From positions 190,959 through 254,958 of the forward strand of contig NW_019217934.1 of the NCBI RefSeq assembly GCF_002571385.2: a DNA stretch of 64,000 bases, read 5' to 3'. The position numbers and the translations under genes are program-made. Under the pieces are notes generated by a model that saw nothing but the letters and a program-made list of their open reading frames with translations, was not told where the DNA came from and did not search any database. Below, piece by piece: positions 12,834 through 26,000 of this stretch. Source of the stretch: Stylophora pistillata. Lineage: Eukaryota. Each line of letters starts with the position of its first letter. The first letter of the stretch is position 1.

Positions 12834-14257
12834 CTCTGAGGCACCTGTGCAAACCAAGGGGTGAGGCTTGCACTCACGCATGCCACTTCTACGTAACGCA
12901 TGCCAACGCGCCAAAGATGGAATCCCAGGTTCACTAGCCCAAAGGGACCTCCGGAATAGACGCGCAACTCCGGGAAGTCACGGCAGCCGGAGTGGCATAC
13001 GTGAGAGTAAGTGCCACAGCAGTCTGTGGCACTTTTGCAAACCTAGGGGTGAGGCTTGCACTCACGCATGCCACTTCTACGTAACGCATGCCAACGCGCC
13101 CAAAATAAAATCCCAGGTTCACTACACCCAAGGGACCTCGGGAATAGACGCGCAAACCCGGGAAATCACGGGCTCCGGAATGGCATGCGTGACAGAGAGA
13201 GCCACCGCGATCCGGGGCACCGGTGCAAATTAAGGGGTGAGGCTTGTACTCACGCTTGCCACTTCTAGGTAACGCATGGCAACGCGTACAAAATGGAATC
13301 CCAGGTTCACTAGACCCAACGCACCACGGGAATAGACGCGCAACTCCGGGAAATCACGGGCGCCGGAGTGGCATGCGTGAGAGTGAGACACAAGGGGTGA
13401 GCCTTGAACTCACGCATACCACTTTCACGGAACGCATGACAACGCGGCCAAAATGGAATCCCAGGTTCACTAGTCCCAAGGGACTTTGGGAATAGGCGCG
13501 CCACTCCGGGAAATAACGGACGCCGGAGTGGCATGCGTGAGAGTGACAGACGGTGCACTCTAAGGCACTTGTGCGACACAATGAGTGAGCCTCGTACTCA
13601 CGCATGCCACTTCCACGGAACGCATGACAACGCGGCCAAAATGGAATCCCAGCCTCACTAGACCCAAGGGACTTTGGGAATAGGCGCGCAACTCCGGGAA
13701 ATCACGGACACCGGAGTGGCATGCATGACAGTGAGACACAAGGGGTGAGCCTTGAACTCACGCATGCCACTCCCAAGGAACGCATGACAACGCGGCCAAA
13801 ATGGAATCCCAGGTTCACTAGTCCCAAGGGACTTTGGGAATAGGCGCGCAACTCCGGGAAATCACGGACGCCGGAGTGGCATGCGTCACAGTGAGACACA
13901 AGGGGTGAGCCTTTAAATCACGCGTGCCACTTCCACGGAACGCATGCCAATGCGGCCAAAATGGAATTCCAGGTTCACTAGTCCCAAGGGACTTTGGGAA
14001 TAGGCGCGCAACTCCGGGAAATCACGGACGCCGAGGTGGCATGCGTGAGAGTGAGACACAAGGGGTGAGCCTTGAACTCACGCATGCCACTTCCACAGAA
14101 CGCATGACAACGCGGCCACAATGGAATCCCAGGTTCACTAGTCCCAAGGGACTTTCTTTGGGAATAGGCGCGTAAGTCCGGGAAATCACGGACGCCGGAG
14201 TGGCATGCGTGAGAGTGACAGCCGGTGCACTCTGAGGCACTTGTGCGACACAAGGGG
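12834..14257. repeat. GC-rich tandem satellite, left block (160-bp monomer plus ~188-bp variant)
   Basis: CGCATG(A/C)CAA recurs at 13621, 13781, 13941 and 14101 (160-bp period). Monomers are more diverged at the left edge (12834-13330). Confidence 0.95.
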
Positions 14258-16318
14258 TGTGCACGCATAAACGGTACGACAACACAAACTTGAACACGCG
14301 TACTTGTAATTATGAAATGGACTTTACAATCTTGAGCGAACGTTGTACGGTTTCGAAAACTAAAAGGAAACAAAGGAAATTACAACTATAAATACGAAAA
14401 AGGGCTAGACAAACAAGAAACGAAACCAAAAAAAACTTACGTTTGTGTCCTTATAATATAAACGATGACGTTAAACGGGCGTTGAAACGATTCCCCACTT
14501 CGATCGAGCACATGTATTTTTTAACTCGCAGCCGGNAATGATAGCTTCAACTTCACATAGTAGAGTTCTAAAGGATTCGTCATCCAGACGGGAGCCATGC
14601 TCATGGAGTAGAACAGTGAGTACTTTGCGGGTAGTGCGAATCTGCCGCTCCCAAATGCCGCCCATGTGGCTGCCACTCGGTGGGTTGAAAATCCAATCCG
14701 TACCCTCTTGATGCAACCTGCTTCTGATTTGCTCATTGTCCATTTCATAAACTGCTTGCTGCAACTCTGTCTTGGCGCCTACAAAATTTGTTCCGTTGTC
14801 GCTCCGGATCTCTCGGATAGGCCCACGACGAGCAATAAATCGCCTCAGAACCTGGATAAATGAATCTGTTTCGAGAGAATTGGCGGTCTCAATATGCACT
14901 GCTCTACTTGCTAAACATGTGAAAAGGCATCCGTACCGTTTGAGTTCCTTTCGACCTTCTTTGATCATGTACGGACCAAAGTAATCCACGCCAGTATACG
15001 TAAATGGCGGGGCTGGAGTCACTCGGTCTTTAGGCAAGTCAGCCATTTTCTGTTCAGCGATAGGGGCCCGATTACGGCGACAAGTAACACAATTTGCGAT
15101 TAGGTGACGAACAGCAGCATTGGCACCGGTGACCCAGTACTTCCTCAATTTAGCAAGTGTGCGACCGCGGCCTGCGTGTGCTAGGCGTTCGTGCAGGCGT
15201 TTGATAATCAAGTTCGTAACGTGACTCTCGCGAGGTAAGATGATGGGGTGTTTCGTTTCTTCTGGAAGATCGTCAGCGCGGCTAAGGCGGCCACCAACAC
15301 GAAGGAGGCCTTCATGAATGTAGGGATTCAGTCGAGTTAGGGAACTTGCTTTCTTCAGCACCATTTTCTTTTGCTTTGCTCGACCCCGTTCGTCTCTACC
15401 GTCTTTGTCACTGACTTGTCTGAGAGCGTCAAACTCTCTACTGAAGGACTGCGACTGTACAAAGCGAAGGATGGCCATCTCGGCCTCTTCAAACTCTTGA
15501 ACTGAGAGCGGTGCGCAGCAGTCACCCACTACCTTCGTTTCAGCTTGTAGTGACTTCACGCCCGACCTTGCTTGACCATGGTCTGAATCTATCTCGAGAG
15601 AACCCTGGCCTCTAATCTCCTTCCGTTTTCGCAATACAGCCTTGATTCTAAGGAATGTGGCCACTGACAATCTCAGGCGATACCAACTCGGGTGGTTTTC
15701 TATTAGCTTGTTAACTGACGTAGCCGTGGCTTCCATTACCATGGTACCGGCGGAAGCAACTTTTCTGACCTCAGGTCGTCATCTGGGACCTCACCAACTG
15801 GAAAGGGCTGCTGCGGCCAATCTTTTTCTGATTTCCCTAAGAAGTGTGGACCATTTGACCAGTGCTGCTGTTGCAGAAGTCCAGCGGTGGAAAGTCCTCT
15901 TGAGGCATCATCTGCCGGATTGCTACTGGTGTCCACGTATTTCCACTGCATAGGACTAGTGAAGTCCCTGATCAATTGCACACGATTTGCCACGAATATC
16001 TGAAACCTCTTCCGCTCGTTTCTTATGTAGCGGAGAACCGTCGTCGAGTCGGTGTGATAGATGATAGACTCAGGCTTAACCTCAAGCTCTTCATACAGCA
16101 TTTGTCCCACGCGAACAGACACGGTTGCTGCAGTTAATTCTAAGCGTGGGACTGTTACGGTCTTAATAGGTGCAAGACGAGCCTTCCCCATTAAAAAGGA
16201 ACAATGTATGCGATCCATGTCATCCATTAGACGTAGGTAGGCAACGCATCCATACCCCACCGTGCTTGCATCGGAGAACAAATGGAGCTGTCTGGAGACA
16301 ACTGCCGGTTTTGGCGCC
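14258..16318 (-). mobile_element. Second BEL/Pao retrotransposon (RNase H-integrase fragment plus 3' LTR end) inserted in the satellite
   Basis: Minus-strand FSDAS...VPRLELTAA (15736-16281) and integrase DYFGP...SDNGTNF...GGIWER (14537-15742). 14258-14535 reads as an LTR end (...GCGTGCACA) abutting the satellite. Assembly gaps at 14536 and 16319-16475. Confidence 0.9.
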
Positions 16319-16475
16319 NNNNNNNNNNNNNNNNNNNNNNNNNNNNNNNNNNNNNNNNNNNNNNNNNNNNNNNNNNNNNNNNNNNNNNNNNNNNNNNNNN
16401 NNNNNNNNNNNNNNNNNNNNNNNNNNNNNNNNNNNNNNNNNNNNNNNNNNNNNNNNNNNNNNNNNNNNNNNNNNN
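16319..16475. other. Assembly gap (N run)
   Basis: Run of Ns. Confidence 1.
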
Positions 16476-19400
16476 CGGAAAATCACTCACGCCGGAGTGG
16501 CATGCGTGAGAGTGAGACACAAGGGGTGAGCCTTGAAATCACGCCTGCCACTTCCACGGGACGCATGACAACTCGGCCAAAATGGAGTCCCAGGCTCATT
16601 AGTCCCAAGGAACTTCCCTTGGGAAGGGCGCGCAACGCCAAGAGATCACGCACGCCGGAGTGGCATGCGTGAGAGTGAGACACAAGGGGTGAGTCTTGAA
16701 CTCACGGCTGCCACTTCCACGGAACGTATGAGAACGCGGTGAAAATGGAATCCCAGGCTCACTAGACGCAAGGGACCTTAGGGACTAGTCGCGGAACTCC
16801 GGGAAATTACGCACGTCGGAGTGGCATGCGTGAGAGTCAGACACAAGGGGTGTGCCTTGAACTCAGGCCTACCACTTCCACGGAACGCATGGGAACGCGG
16901 CCAAAATGGAGTTCCAGGTTCACTAGTCCTAAGGGAGTTCCCTTGGGAATAGGCGCGCAACGCCGGGAGATCACGCACTCTGGAGTGGCATGCGTGAGAG
17001 TGAGACACAAGGGGTGACCCCTGAACTCACGCCTGCCACTTCCACGGAACGCATGACAACGCAGCCAAAATGGAGTCCTAGGCTCACTAGTCCCAAGACA
17101 CTTCCCTTGGGAATAAGCGCGCAGCTCCAGGAAGTCACGGACGCCGGAGTTGCATGGGTGAGAGTCACAGCCGGTGCAATCTGAGGCACTTAAGCGACCC
17201 AAGGGTTGAGGCTCGTAGTAACGCCTGCCACTTCCACGGAACGCATGAAAACGAGGCCAAAATGGAATCACAGGCTCACTAGACCCAAAGGACCTTAAGC
17301 ATTAGGCGCGCAACTCCGGGCAATCACGCACCCCGGAGTGGCATGCGTGAGAATCAGACACAAGGGGTGAGCCTTGAACTCACGCATGCCACTTCCACGG
17401 AACGCATGACAACGCGGCCAAAATGGAGTCCCGGTCTCACTAGTCCCAAGGGACTTCCCTTAAGAATAGGTGCGCAGCTCCGGGAAGTCACGGACGCCGG
17501 AGTGGCTTGCGTGAGAGTGACAGCCGGCTCACTCTGAGGCACTTAAGCGACGCAAGGGTTGAGGCTCGTACTCACGCCTGCCACTTCCACGGAACGCATG
17601 ACAACGCGGCCAAAATGGAGTCCCAGGCTCACTAGTCCCAAGGGACTTCCCTTGGGAATAGGAGCGCAACACAGGGAGATCACGCACGCCGGAGTGGCAT
17701 TCGTGAGAGTGAGACACAAGGGGTGAGCCTTGAACTCACGCCTGCCACTTCCACGGAACGCATGACAACGCGGCCAAATTGGAGTCCCAGGCTTTATAGT
17801 CCCAAGGGACTTGCCTTGGGAATAGGCGCGCAACGCCGGGAGATCAGACACGCCGGAGTGGCATTCGTGAGAGTAAGACACAAGGGGTGAGCCTTGAACT
17901 CACACCTGTCACTTCCACGGAACGCATGACAACGCGGCCAAAATGGAGTCCTAGTCTCACTACTCCCAAGAAACTTCTCTTGGAAATAGGCGCGCAGATC
18001 TGGGAAGTCACAGACACCGGAGTTGCTTGCGTGAGAGTAAGAACCGGTGCACTCTGAGGCCCTTGAGCGACGCAGGGGTTGAGGCTCGTAGTCACGCCTG
18101 CCACGTCCCTGGAACGCATACGAACGCGGGTAAAATGGAATCCCAGGCTCACTAGACCCAAGGGACCCTAGGGATTAGGCGCGCAACCCCGGGAAATCAC
18201 GCACGCCGGAGTGGCATGCGTAAGAGTGACAGCCGGTGCACTCTGAGGCACTTGAGCGACGCAAGGGTTGAGGGAGGCTCGTAGTCACGCCTGCCACTTT
18301 CACGGAACGCATGAGAACGCGGCCAAACTGGAATCCCTGGCTCACTAGACCCAAGGGACCTTAGGGATAAGGCGCGCAACTCCGTGATATTAAGCCCGCC
18401 GGAGCGACATGCGTGAGAGTGAAACAAAAGGGGTGAGCCTTGAACTCACGCCTGCCACTTCCACGTAACGCATGAGAACGCGGCCAAAATGGAGTCCCAG
18501 GCTCACTAGTCCCAAGGGACGTCCCTTGGGAATAAACACGCAGCTCCAAGAAGTCACGGACCCCGGAGTGGCTTGCGTAAGAGTGACAGCGGGTGCACTC
18601 TGAGGCAGTTGTGCGACGGAAGGGTTGAGGCTCGTAGTTACGCCTGCAAATTCAAGGTAACGCATGAGAACGCGGCCAAAATGGAATCCCAGGCTCACTA
18701 GACAGATGGGACCTTAGGGATTAGGCGCGCAACTCCGAGAAATCACGCACGCCGAAGTGGCATGCGTGAGAGTGAGACACAAGGGGTGAGCCTTGAACTC
18801 ACGCCTGCCACTTCCACGGAACGCATGAGAACGCGGCCAAAATGGAATGCCATGCTCACTAGACCCAAGGGACCTTAGGGATTAGGCGTGCAACTCCGGG
18901 AAATCACGTATGCTGGAGCAGCATACGTAAGAGTAAGACACAAGGGGTGAGCCTTGAACTTACGCCTGCCACTTGCACGGAACGCATGACAACGCGGTTA
19001 AAATGGAGTCCCAGGCTCACTAGTCCCAAGGGACTTCCCTTGGGAATAGGCGCGCAACTCCGGGAGGTCACGAACGCCGGAGTGGCTTGAATAAGAGTGA
19101 GAGCCGGTTCACTCTGAGGCACTTGAGCGACGCAAAGGTTGAGGCTCGTAGTCACATCTGCCAATTCGACGGAACACATGAGAACACAAGCAAAATGGAA
19201 TCCCAGGATCACTGGACCCAAGGGACCTTAGAGATTAGGCGCGCAACTCCGGGAAATCACGCACGCCAGAGTAGCATGCGTGAGAGTGAGACACAAGGGG
19301 TGAGCCTTGAACTCACGCCTGCCACTTCCACGTAACCCATGACAACGCGGCAAAAATGGAGTTCCAGGCTCACTAGTCCCAAGGGACTTCCCTTGGGAAT

Positions 19401-21122
19401 AGCCGCGCAGCTCCGGGAAGTCACGGAGGCTGGAGTGGCTTGCGTGAGACTTACAGCCGGTGCACTCTGAGGCACTTGAGCGACGCAAGGGTTGAGGCTC
19501 GTAATCACGCCTGCCACTTCCACGGAACGCATGGGAACGCCGCCGAAATGGAATCCCTGGCTCACTAGACCCAAGGGACCTTAGGGATTAGGCTTGCAAC
19601 CCCGGGAAAATATGCACGCCGGAGTAACATGCGTGAGAGTGAGAAACAAGGGGTGAGCCTTGAACTCACGCCTGCCACTTCCACGGAACGCATGACAATG
19701 CGGCCAAAATGGAGTCCCAGGCTCACTAGACCCAAGGGACCTTAGGGATTAGGCTTGCAACCCCGGGAAATTATGCACGCCGGAGTAGCATGCGTGAGAG
19801 TGAGAAACAAGGGGTGAGCCTTGAACTCACGCCTGCCACTTCCACGGAACGCATGACAGCGCGGCCAAAATGGAGTCCCAGGCTCACTAGGCCCAAGGGA
19901 CTTCCCTTGGGAATAGGCGCGCAGCTCCGAAAAGTCACGTACGCCGGAGGGGCTTGCGTGAGAGTGACAGCCGGTGCACTCTGAGGCACTTGAGCGACAC
20001 AAGGATTGAGGCTCGTGGTCACGCCTGCCACTTCCACGGAACGCATGAGAACGCGGCCAAAATGGAATCTCAGGCTCACTAGACCCAAGGGACATTAGGG
20101 ATTAGGCGCACAACTACGGGAAATTACGCACGCTGGAGTGGCATGCGTGAGTATAAGACACAAGATGTGAGCCTTGAACTTACGCCTGCCACTTCCACGG
20201 TACGCATGACAACGCGGCCAAAATGGAGTCCCAGGATCACTAGGCCCAAGGGACTTCCCTTGGGAATAGGCGCGCAGCTCCGGGATGTCACGGACGCCGG
20301 AGTGGCTTGGGTAAGAGTGACTGCCGGTGCATTCTGAGGCACTTGAGCGATGCAAGGGTTAAAGCTCGTACTCACGCCTGCCACTTCCCCGGAACGCATA
20401 AGAACGCGGCCAAAATGGAATCCCAGGCTCACTATACCCAAGGGACCTTAGGTATTAGGCGCGCAACTCCGGGAAATAACGCACGCCGGAGTGGCATGCG
20501 TTAGAGTGAGACACAAGGGGTGAACCTTGAAGTCACACCTGCCACTTCTACGAAACGCATGACAACGCGGCCAAAATGGAGTGCCAGGCTCACTAGTACC
20601 AAGGGACTTCCCTTGGGAATAGGCGCGCAACGCCGGGAGATCACGCACGCTGGAGTAACATGCGTGAGAGTAAGACACAAGGAGTGAGCCTTGATCTCAC
20701 GCCTGCCACTTCCACGAAACGCAAGGCAACGTGGCCAAAATGGAAACCTAGGCTCACTAGTCCCAAGGGATTTTCCTTTGGAATAGGTGCGCAGCTCCAG
20801 GATGTCACGGACGCCGGAGTGGCTTGCGTGAGAGTGACAGCCGGTGCACTCTGAGGCACCTCAGCGACGCAAGGGTTGAAGCTCGTAGTCACGCCTGCCA
20901 CTTTCACGGAACGCATGAGAACGCGGCCAAAATGGAATCCCAGGCTCATTAGACCCAAGGGACCTTAGGGATTAGGCGCGCAACTCCGGGAAATCACGCA
21001 CGCCGGAGTGGCATGCGTGAGAGTGAGACACAAAGNGTGAAACGCCCGTGCACTCTGAGGCACACTAGTGACGCAAGGGTTGAGGCTCGTACTCACGCCT
21101 GCCACTTCCACGGAACGCATGA
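16476..21122. repeat. GC-rich tandem satellite, right block, with ~353-bp dimeric higher-order repeat
   Basis: Same monomer family as 12834-14257. Short (GAGACACAAGGGGTGAGCC) and long (GACAGCCGGTGCACTCTGAGGCAC...) variants alternate. Homologous spurious ORFs recur at 353-bp offsets (18904/19257; 19771/20124). Confidence 0.95.
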
Positions 21123-22199
21123 CGTAAAAATGATGCTTTTGATAATTTTGAAAGAATTTTCTTATTTGACTGGTCAAATAATTAGGCTCTGCGGAAGTGC
21201 TTTTTATCCTTTTAAAAATTACCCAAAAGAATAAGTTTTTTGGGTTTGTTACTAATTTTACACGGATGTGATTTGCTTTGAAAGTAGTTTCGATTAAAAT
21301 AATTAAATGTTTTTTTTTTCATTTTTGTACTCTTTTTTTTTTTACGCGCTATAAATCGTATGCGTTTTGATGAATTCATTTGATACTTTCTCACAGATAC
21401 CATAAAACAGCTCATGTAGTAATTGCTTGCAAAATTTGAAAGGTAAAAAAAATGAGGCTTATCGAGTTACAGTCGATGAAATGAATGCTTGTCTATTTCA
21501 CAAAAACCATTTGTTCGCCTAATTTTAAATTTATAAAAACTTATAATATATTTCTTATGACTTTAGTCTTACAGCAATGAGTAGACCTGCAAATCACAGA
21601 TTGCAACATTTGACATTTTATCATAGTTGTTTTCAAATGACATTTTAATTGTGGGGTGTTTTTTTCAAAAGTCAAACCCGATTGACAGGTGTCAATCAAC
21701 ATCATTCTCCTACACTCCTACACTAATTATATGACTCGACATGGGAACGGCTGCTTTATTAGGCCTGTCGGTTTTGTTTGAATAAAAAGTCGCTTGTCCG
21801 CACTTTGTCAAAGTTGAACCTTTTCGTCAGCTTTTGCCATGACCTATTAAACGTGGTAAAATTGCTCTGCCGAAAGTATTTTCAACGTCAATGGTCATTA
21901 AAAAGGAGGAAGAAGAAAAAAAAAGAACAAAAAGGAAGAAAAAGAAAAGAAAAAGAAAAAGCGGAACTCCGGTCCGGACTGTCACTGATTCACCTTAACG
22001 TGCGGGCGGCGGTCATAGCAGGTCAAGAGTTCGATACAGGGCCAGTGCGCGACTAAATTTGTTTTTACTTCCTTTTTCCTTTTTTTCCCTAATTTCTCAT
22101 GTACCTTAGCTGCCCAGANNNNTGCGTCTTAATACGCCTATGAAAGCGTTGCCATGGAAACTGCTAGTGACGAAATGACACCTATTTTTGGATAACCAA

Positions 22200-22660
22200 T
22201 TATTATATAATTCAACCCCGTAAAAGTGTTCAACTGGCCTTGGTCAGTCTTTCTGTTGTATTCTTTCAAAGTTACAAACCATCAAAAAGATGAAAACGGT
22301 ACGAGCCATCTTAAGTGGAAAAATGGGCAACGGGGGAGAGGGAGGGAAAGGATATTTCCTCGCCCCAATCCTCCACAGTTACCAAATCTAAATCTGCTGG
22401 CTATTTTCTCGTCGTCAAGCTGTTTTTCTTCGTTCGATTCATCAAATGAACTTGGATCTATATTTGCCTGCCATTCTGACTCTTCGTCGTCGGAAATATG
22501 ATTCAAATTGTCCGCCATTTGTTTTTTTCTTCTCGTAACTACAATCCAATTCTTCGCTGGCGTGATGCGAGAAAACCTGTTTAACCGGTACTACAATAGA
22601 CGAGTACAAATACCGCGTGATCTTTGTACTCGTCTAAGTGTAGTTGGATAATAATGAGCG
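22200..22660 (-). repeat. Dispersed repeat, second copy at ~50290-50732 (possibly Crypton-derived)
   Basis: About 270 bp clearly shared with 50445-50732 (CTTGGATCTATATTTGCC...TTCAAATTGTCCG...GTGTAGTTGGATAATAATGA). It carries the start of an acidic ORF, MADNLNHISDDEESEW. The Crypton assignment is a guess. Confidence 0.65.
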
Positions 22661-22841
22661 ATACCACGCAACAAAACGTCTAATAAGATATATGTATATA
22701 TTCAAAACCCTTGGGAATAAGTCATTGTCTTGAACAATTATTCCCAGAACTCCTACCCTTCAGTGATCAGTAGCCATCTTTGTTTATTATTCACCGCCGG
22801 TTGCGCGTTGTAAGGAAAACTGGACACGAACGGCATAAAGC

Positions 22842-22975
22842 AGCCAATCAGAGCCAATCAGACGAAGGTCTGCTTTGTGATGTCATGTATGACATTCTTA
22901 TTCATCCAAACGGGTGTTCTATAGCGCGGGCTCATAGTTCACAATTTGGACGTCGACAATCGTCAGCCAATCATC
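22842..22975 (+). promoter_or_regulatory. CCAAT-box cluster, TRIP11 promoter
   Basis: AGCCAATCAG twice in tandem (22842-22861) and AGCCAATCA at ~22965, 110-240 bp upstream of the ATG. Confidence 0.55.
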
Positions 22976-23082
22976 GAGATCGTACTACCTGAGACGGAGT
23001 GCCACATCATACATTCACTCATCCAAATAGTGTTACCTCTTTGGTGCTTGCATTATTTTTATCGTTTTGATTTTTATTCAAA

Positions 23083-26000
23083 ATGTCTTCCTGGCTAAGT
23101 AGTAATTTAACAGACAGCCTATCAAGTATTTCTAATTTCACTGGGCAGATTTCTTCCTTCACTCGTGAAATGTTAACAGAAGGGACAGAGGAGGTCTCAG
23201 GTAAGCTGGAGCCGACCCTTGCCGGGTCAGTATTTCAATTTCGTGTGATCTTCGTGCAACCATTTCCTTTTTTAACGGCTTAACAGTACTAGTATACTGC
23301 AACGAAGTAAACTGAAAAAGCTTTCGTTTTTAGTTTTGCCTCAAAAGGACTCGGATAAGTGTAATTTACATATTTACATGTACACTTGCATCAACTTCCT
23401 TAAGTTTCACTGTTGCATTGAGCCCTCAAAGCGTTTCCTCTTATCTTCAGACCCATCAGCAGAGCTTCAAGTTGCACAGAGGCGAATAAATGAGCTCGAA
23501 TCACATATTATAACTCAAAAGGCCGAGGTGAGTATTTTTGTCACTTGTAAATCAATACCTTTAATTGTGAAGGAGTGTTGTATTGAAGAAAACACTTAAA
23601 ACTGATAACTTAAGGTATCACCGATGCGTGACCAAGTTTGTCAATGATACATTGCATAGTTTTGCCTTTCTGGATAATAGAATATGAACGTTTTGTGGGT
23701 TAAAGATGGAGTAGAATTAAAGTAGGGTACAATATGCAACAGTGAGCTATTGTTTGTTCCTTACAGATTACTTTCCTTTTTCAGATATGTCGGTTAGATT
23801 TGTATTGTCCAATTTGTCACAATACTTATTGTTTTTTTTTTTTTGTGATTGCTGTTCGGTTGATGAGATTTTGCTGTTTTATCAACTGCTGCTTGTCTGA
23901 AACTACATGAAATTATTGTTTGGTTAATTTGATGAGATGCAGAACAGCAGCAAGGCTTTCTGCACACTTCCCTAACCTGAAAACCTGCAGGAAACCACTT
24001 AGCTTTGGGCAACTCCTAAAATCAGTCTCTATATTCTCCTTACTCTTCTCTATACATTTCCTCAAGCATTGTTAAAGAGAATTTCTTCACCAATCAAAGC
24101 TATGTAGGCCGGTGATCATTTCCTTCATTCTGATGATGTTAATGAATGACTCAGCAGTGTTAAGGTAAGGAGAAGTTAGGTGCTGATCACTCTTAGGATT
24201 TAAAGAGTTAACAGGTTGTTGTTGTTTTTTTTTTATTAGTACGAAAGGCTGAGAGAAAATAATGATGAACTTCATGTGAGACTTGAAGCGGCAGAGCTTC
24301 AGATGAACAGCATATCAAGGGATTACAGAGCTCAGTTGCAAAGCAAAGAGGTAATTAATCAGAGTTCTATTTATATGACTTAGACTATCAACTTGTTTTG
24401 AAGCAGATGGTCTTCTGAACAGTAAAAATTTGGAAAATTAAAGCTGAATTTACAATCAAATAAGAAACATGTTGTAAGCTTTGAGCTTTTAAAAAGTCAC
24501 ATACAAGTCTTAGATGTAAAAATAAATTTGTCTCTAACTAGCAGTAGTGATACTTTCCAAGATTAAGTGGTTTTAACTCTTTCCCATCTGTTTGGCACTA
24601 TGTACTGGAAAACTTTTTAACAACAACTCTCAATCTAGAAAGTGGTGTAATTTGTAATTAGAGAGAGACAGTTGTAATCAGATTGTATTTGATTTCTTTT
24701 CAAATTTGGAACAAAAGTATGTCATATACCATATGATTTGTATAACGGAGAAGTAATTTGACGTTCCTTGTTTCACCTCGCACATACCTTCCTGAATAAG
24801 TTCACTGTTTGTTCTGATTGAACAGCAAGAGTTGATCAAACTAAAAGAAGTTGGAAGATTTCATGAGGAAAATGGTCACAATCTTGGAAGTAGAGAGAGG
24901 CATGACTCTACTGACAGCATTGAAGATTCCATGGAGATGAAAAGATTGCAGAGTGAGATTTCAAAACTGCAGGCTGAATGCCAACACTGGAAATCCATAG
25001 CAAATGGAGTGGTAAGTGAGAAGAGGAGAGTGAAACAGAAGCTTTATGCGATCCACCTGCCATGATCTGAGTAATAAATCTCCATTCCTACTGCCATACA
25101 TTTCTTTGTATATGAGACAAGAGAATTTGATAGTACATCATATTAATATCCTCCAGCTAAAATGTTGTATTGAAACCTCATACCTGGAATAAAAGTTTAC
25201 CTCTTCACTGCTAAGCTCCAAGAAGTGATTAACATGTAACTTCTCCTGCAATTCCAATAAGTTGTCTTGCAAACAGGTTATGAGAACAGACAAGTTAATC
25301 ATTTAGACGGTGTTATTTTGGAATTAGTCCAAATTCTCTCATCTTGTTTGCAAGGAGTAGTATGACAGTTAGTAAGGAGAATCACGAACTGGATCTTGCG
25401 AGTTTAAGCGTCAACTAAACAGTGTATGTTATCAGTGACATAAGATACAGTTATATATGATTTTTGGATGAATTTTTTAATGATTTAACAACGTATAATA
25501 GTGCTTGTTTTTATGTTCCCAAGTTTCTTCTGTTTTGGATACATTTTGTTTGCACTTTCATCTTAACAGGAAAATCAGGACAAACTGCACAAAGAAATAG
25601 ATCAATATCAACAGGAATTGACTGCACTGCAGAGCAGCTACTCGCAAAAGATAGCTAATTTGAACAAAAAGCATAAACAAGAATTACAAAACTGGCAAGA
25701 TGAGAAAGAGGAATTTTTACAGAAGATTGAAGAATTGGAAGAGACGCTTCTTAAGTACAGTGGTATGTTTCTTTTGATTGCTTATAGTCCAGGGCCTAAC
25801 AGAGCTATCAGTAATTACATCTTAGTAAATGAAGTTTGAGGTTCATTCAGTTTGTGAAGGATTGATTTTCTGAAGTTCAGAGGCATTGGAATAAGGTTAT
25901 TCACCAATAATTGATAATAATAAAAACTCACTCTGCAAATATTCATATAATACATTGTTTTGTTTCCTTTTTTTTTCAGAGACAGAAAGTGTATCTCATT

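Noticed and set aside
12834-21122. CRISPR-like array
   Set aside because: The whole monomer repeats with no unique spacers, there are no cas genes, and the context is eukaryotic.
12834-21122. Satellite as hammerhead retrozyme or 5S/snRNA tandem array
   Set aside because: I found no CUGANGA...GAAA core on either strand (closest is CTGAGGC) and no similarity to 5S rRNA or snRNAs.
12868-21234. Dozens of short ORFs on both strands
   Set aside because: They recur with the satellite period and reflect GC-rich, stop-poor repeat sequence.
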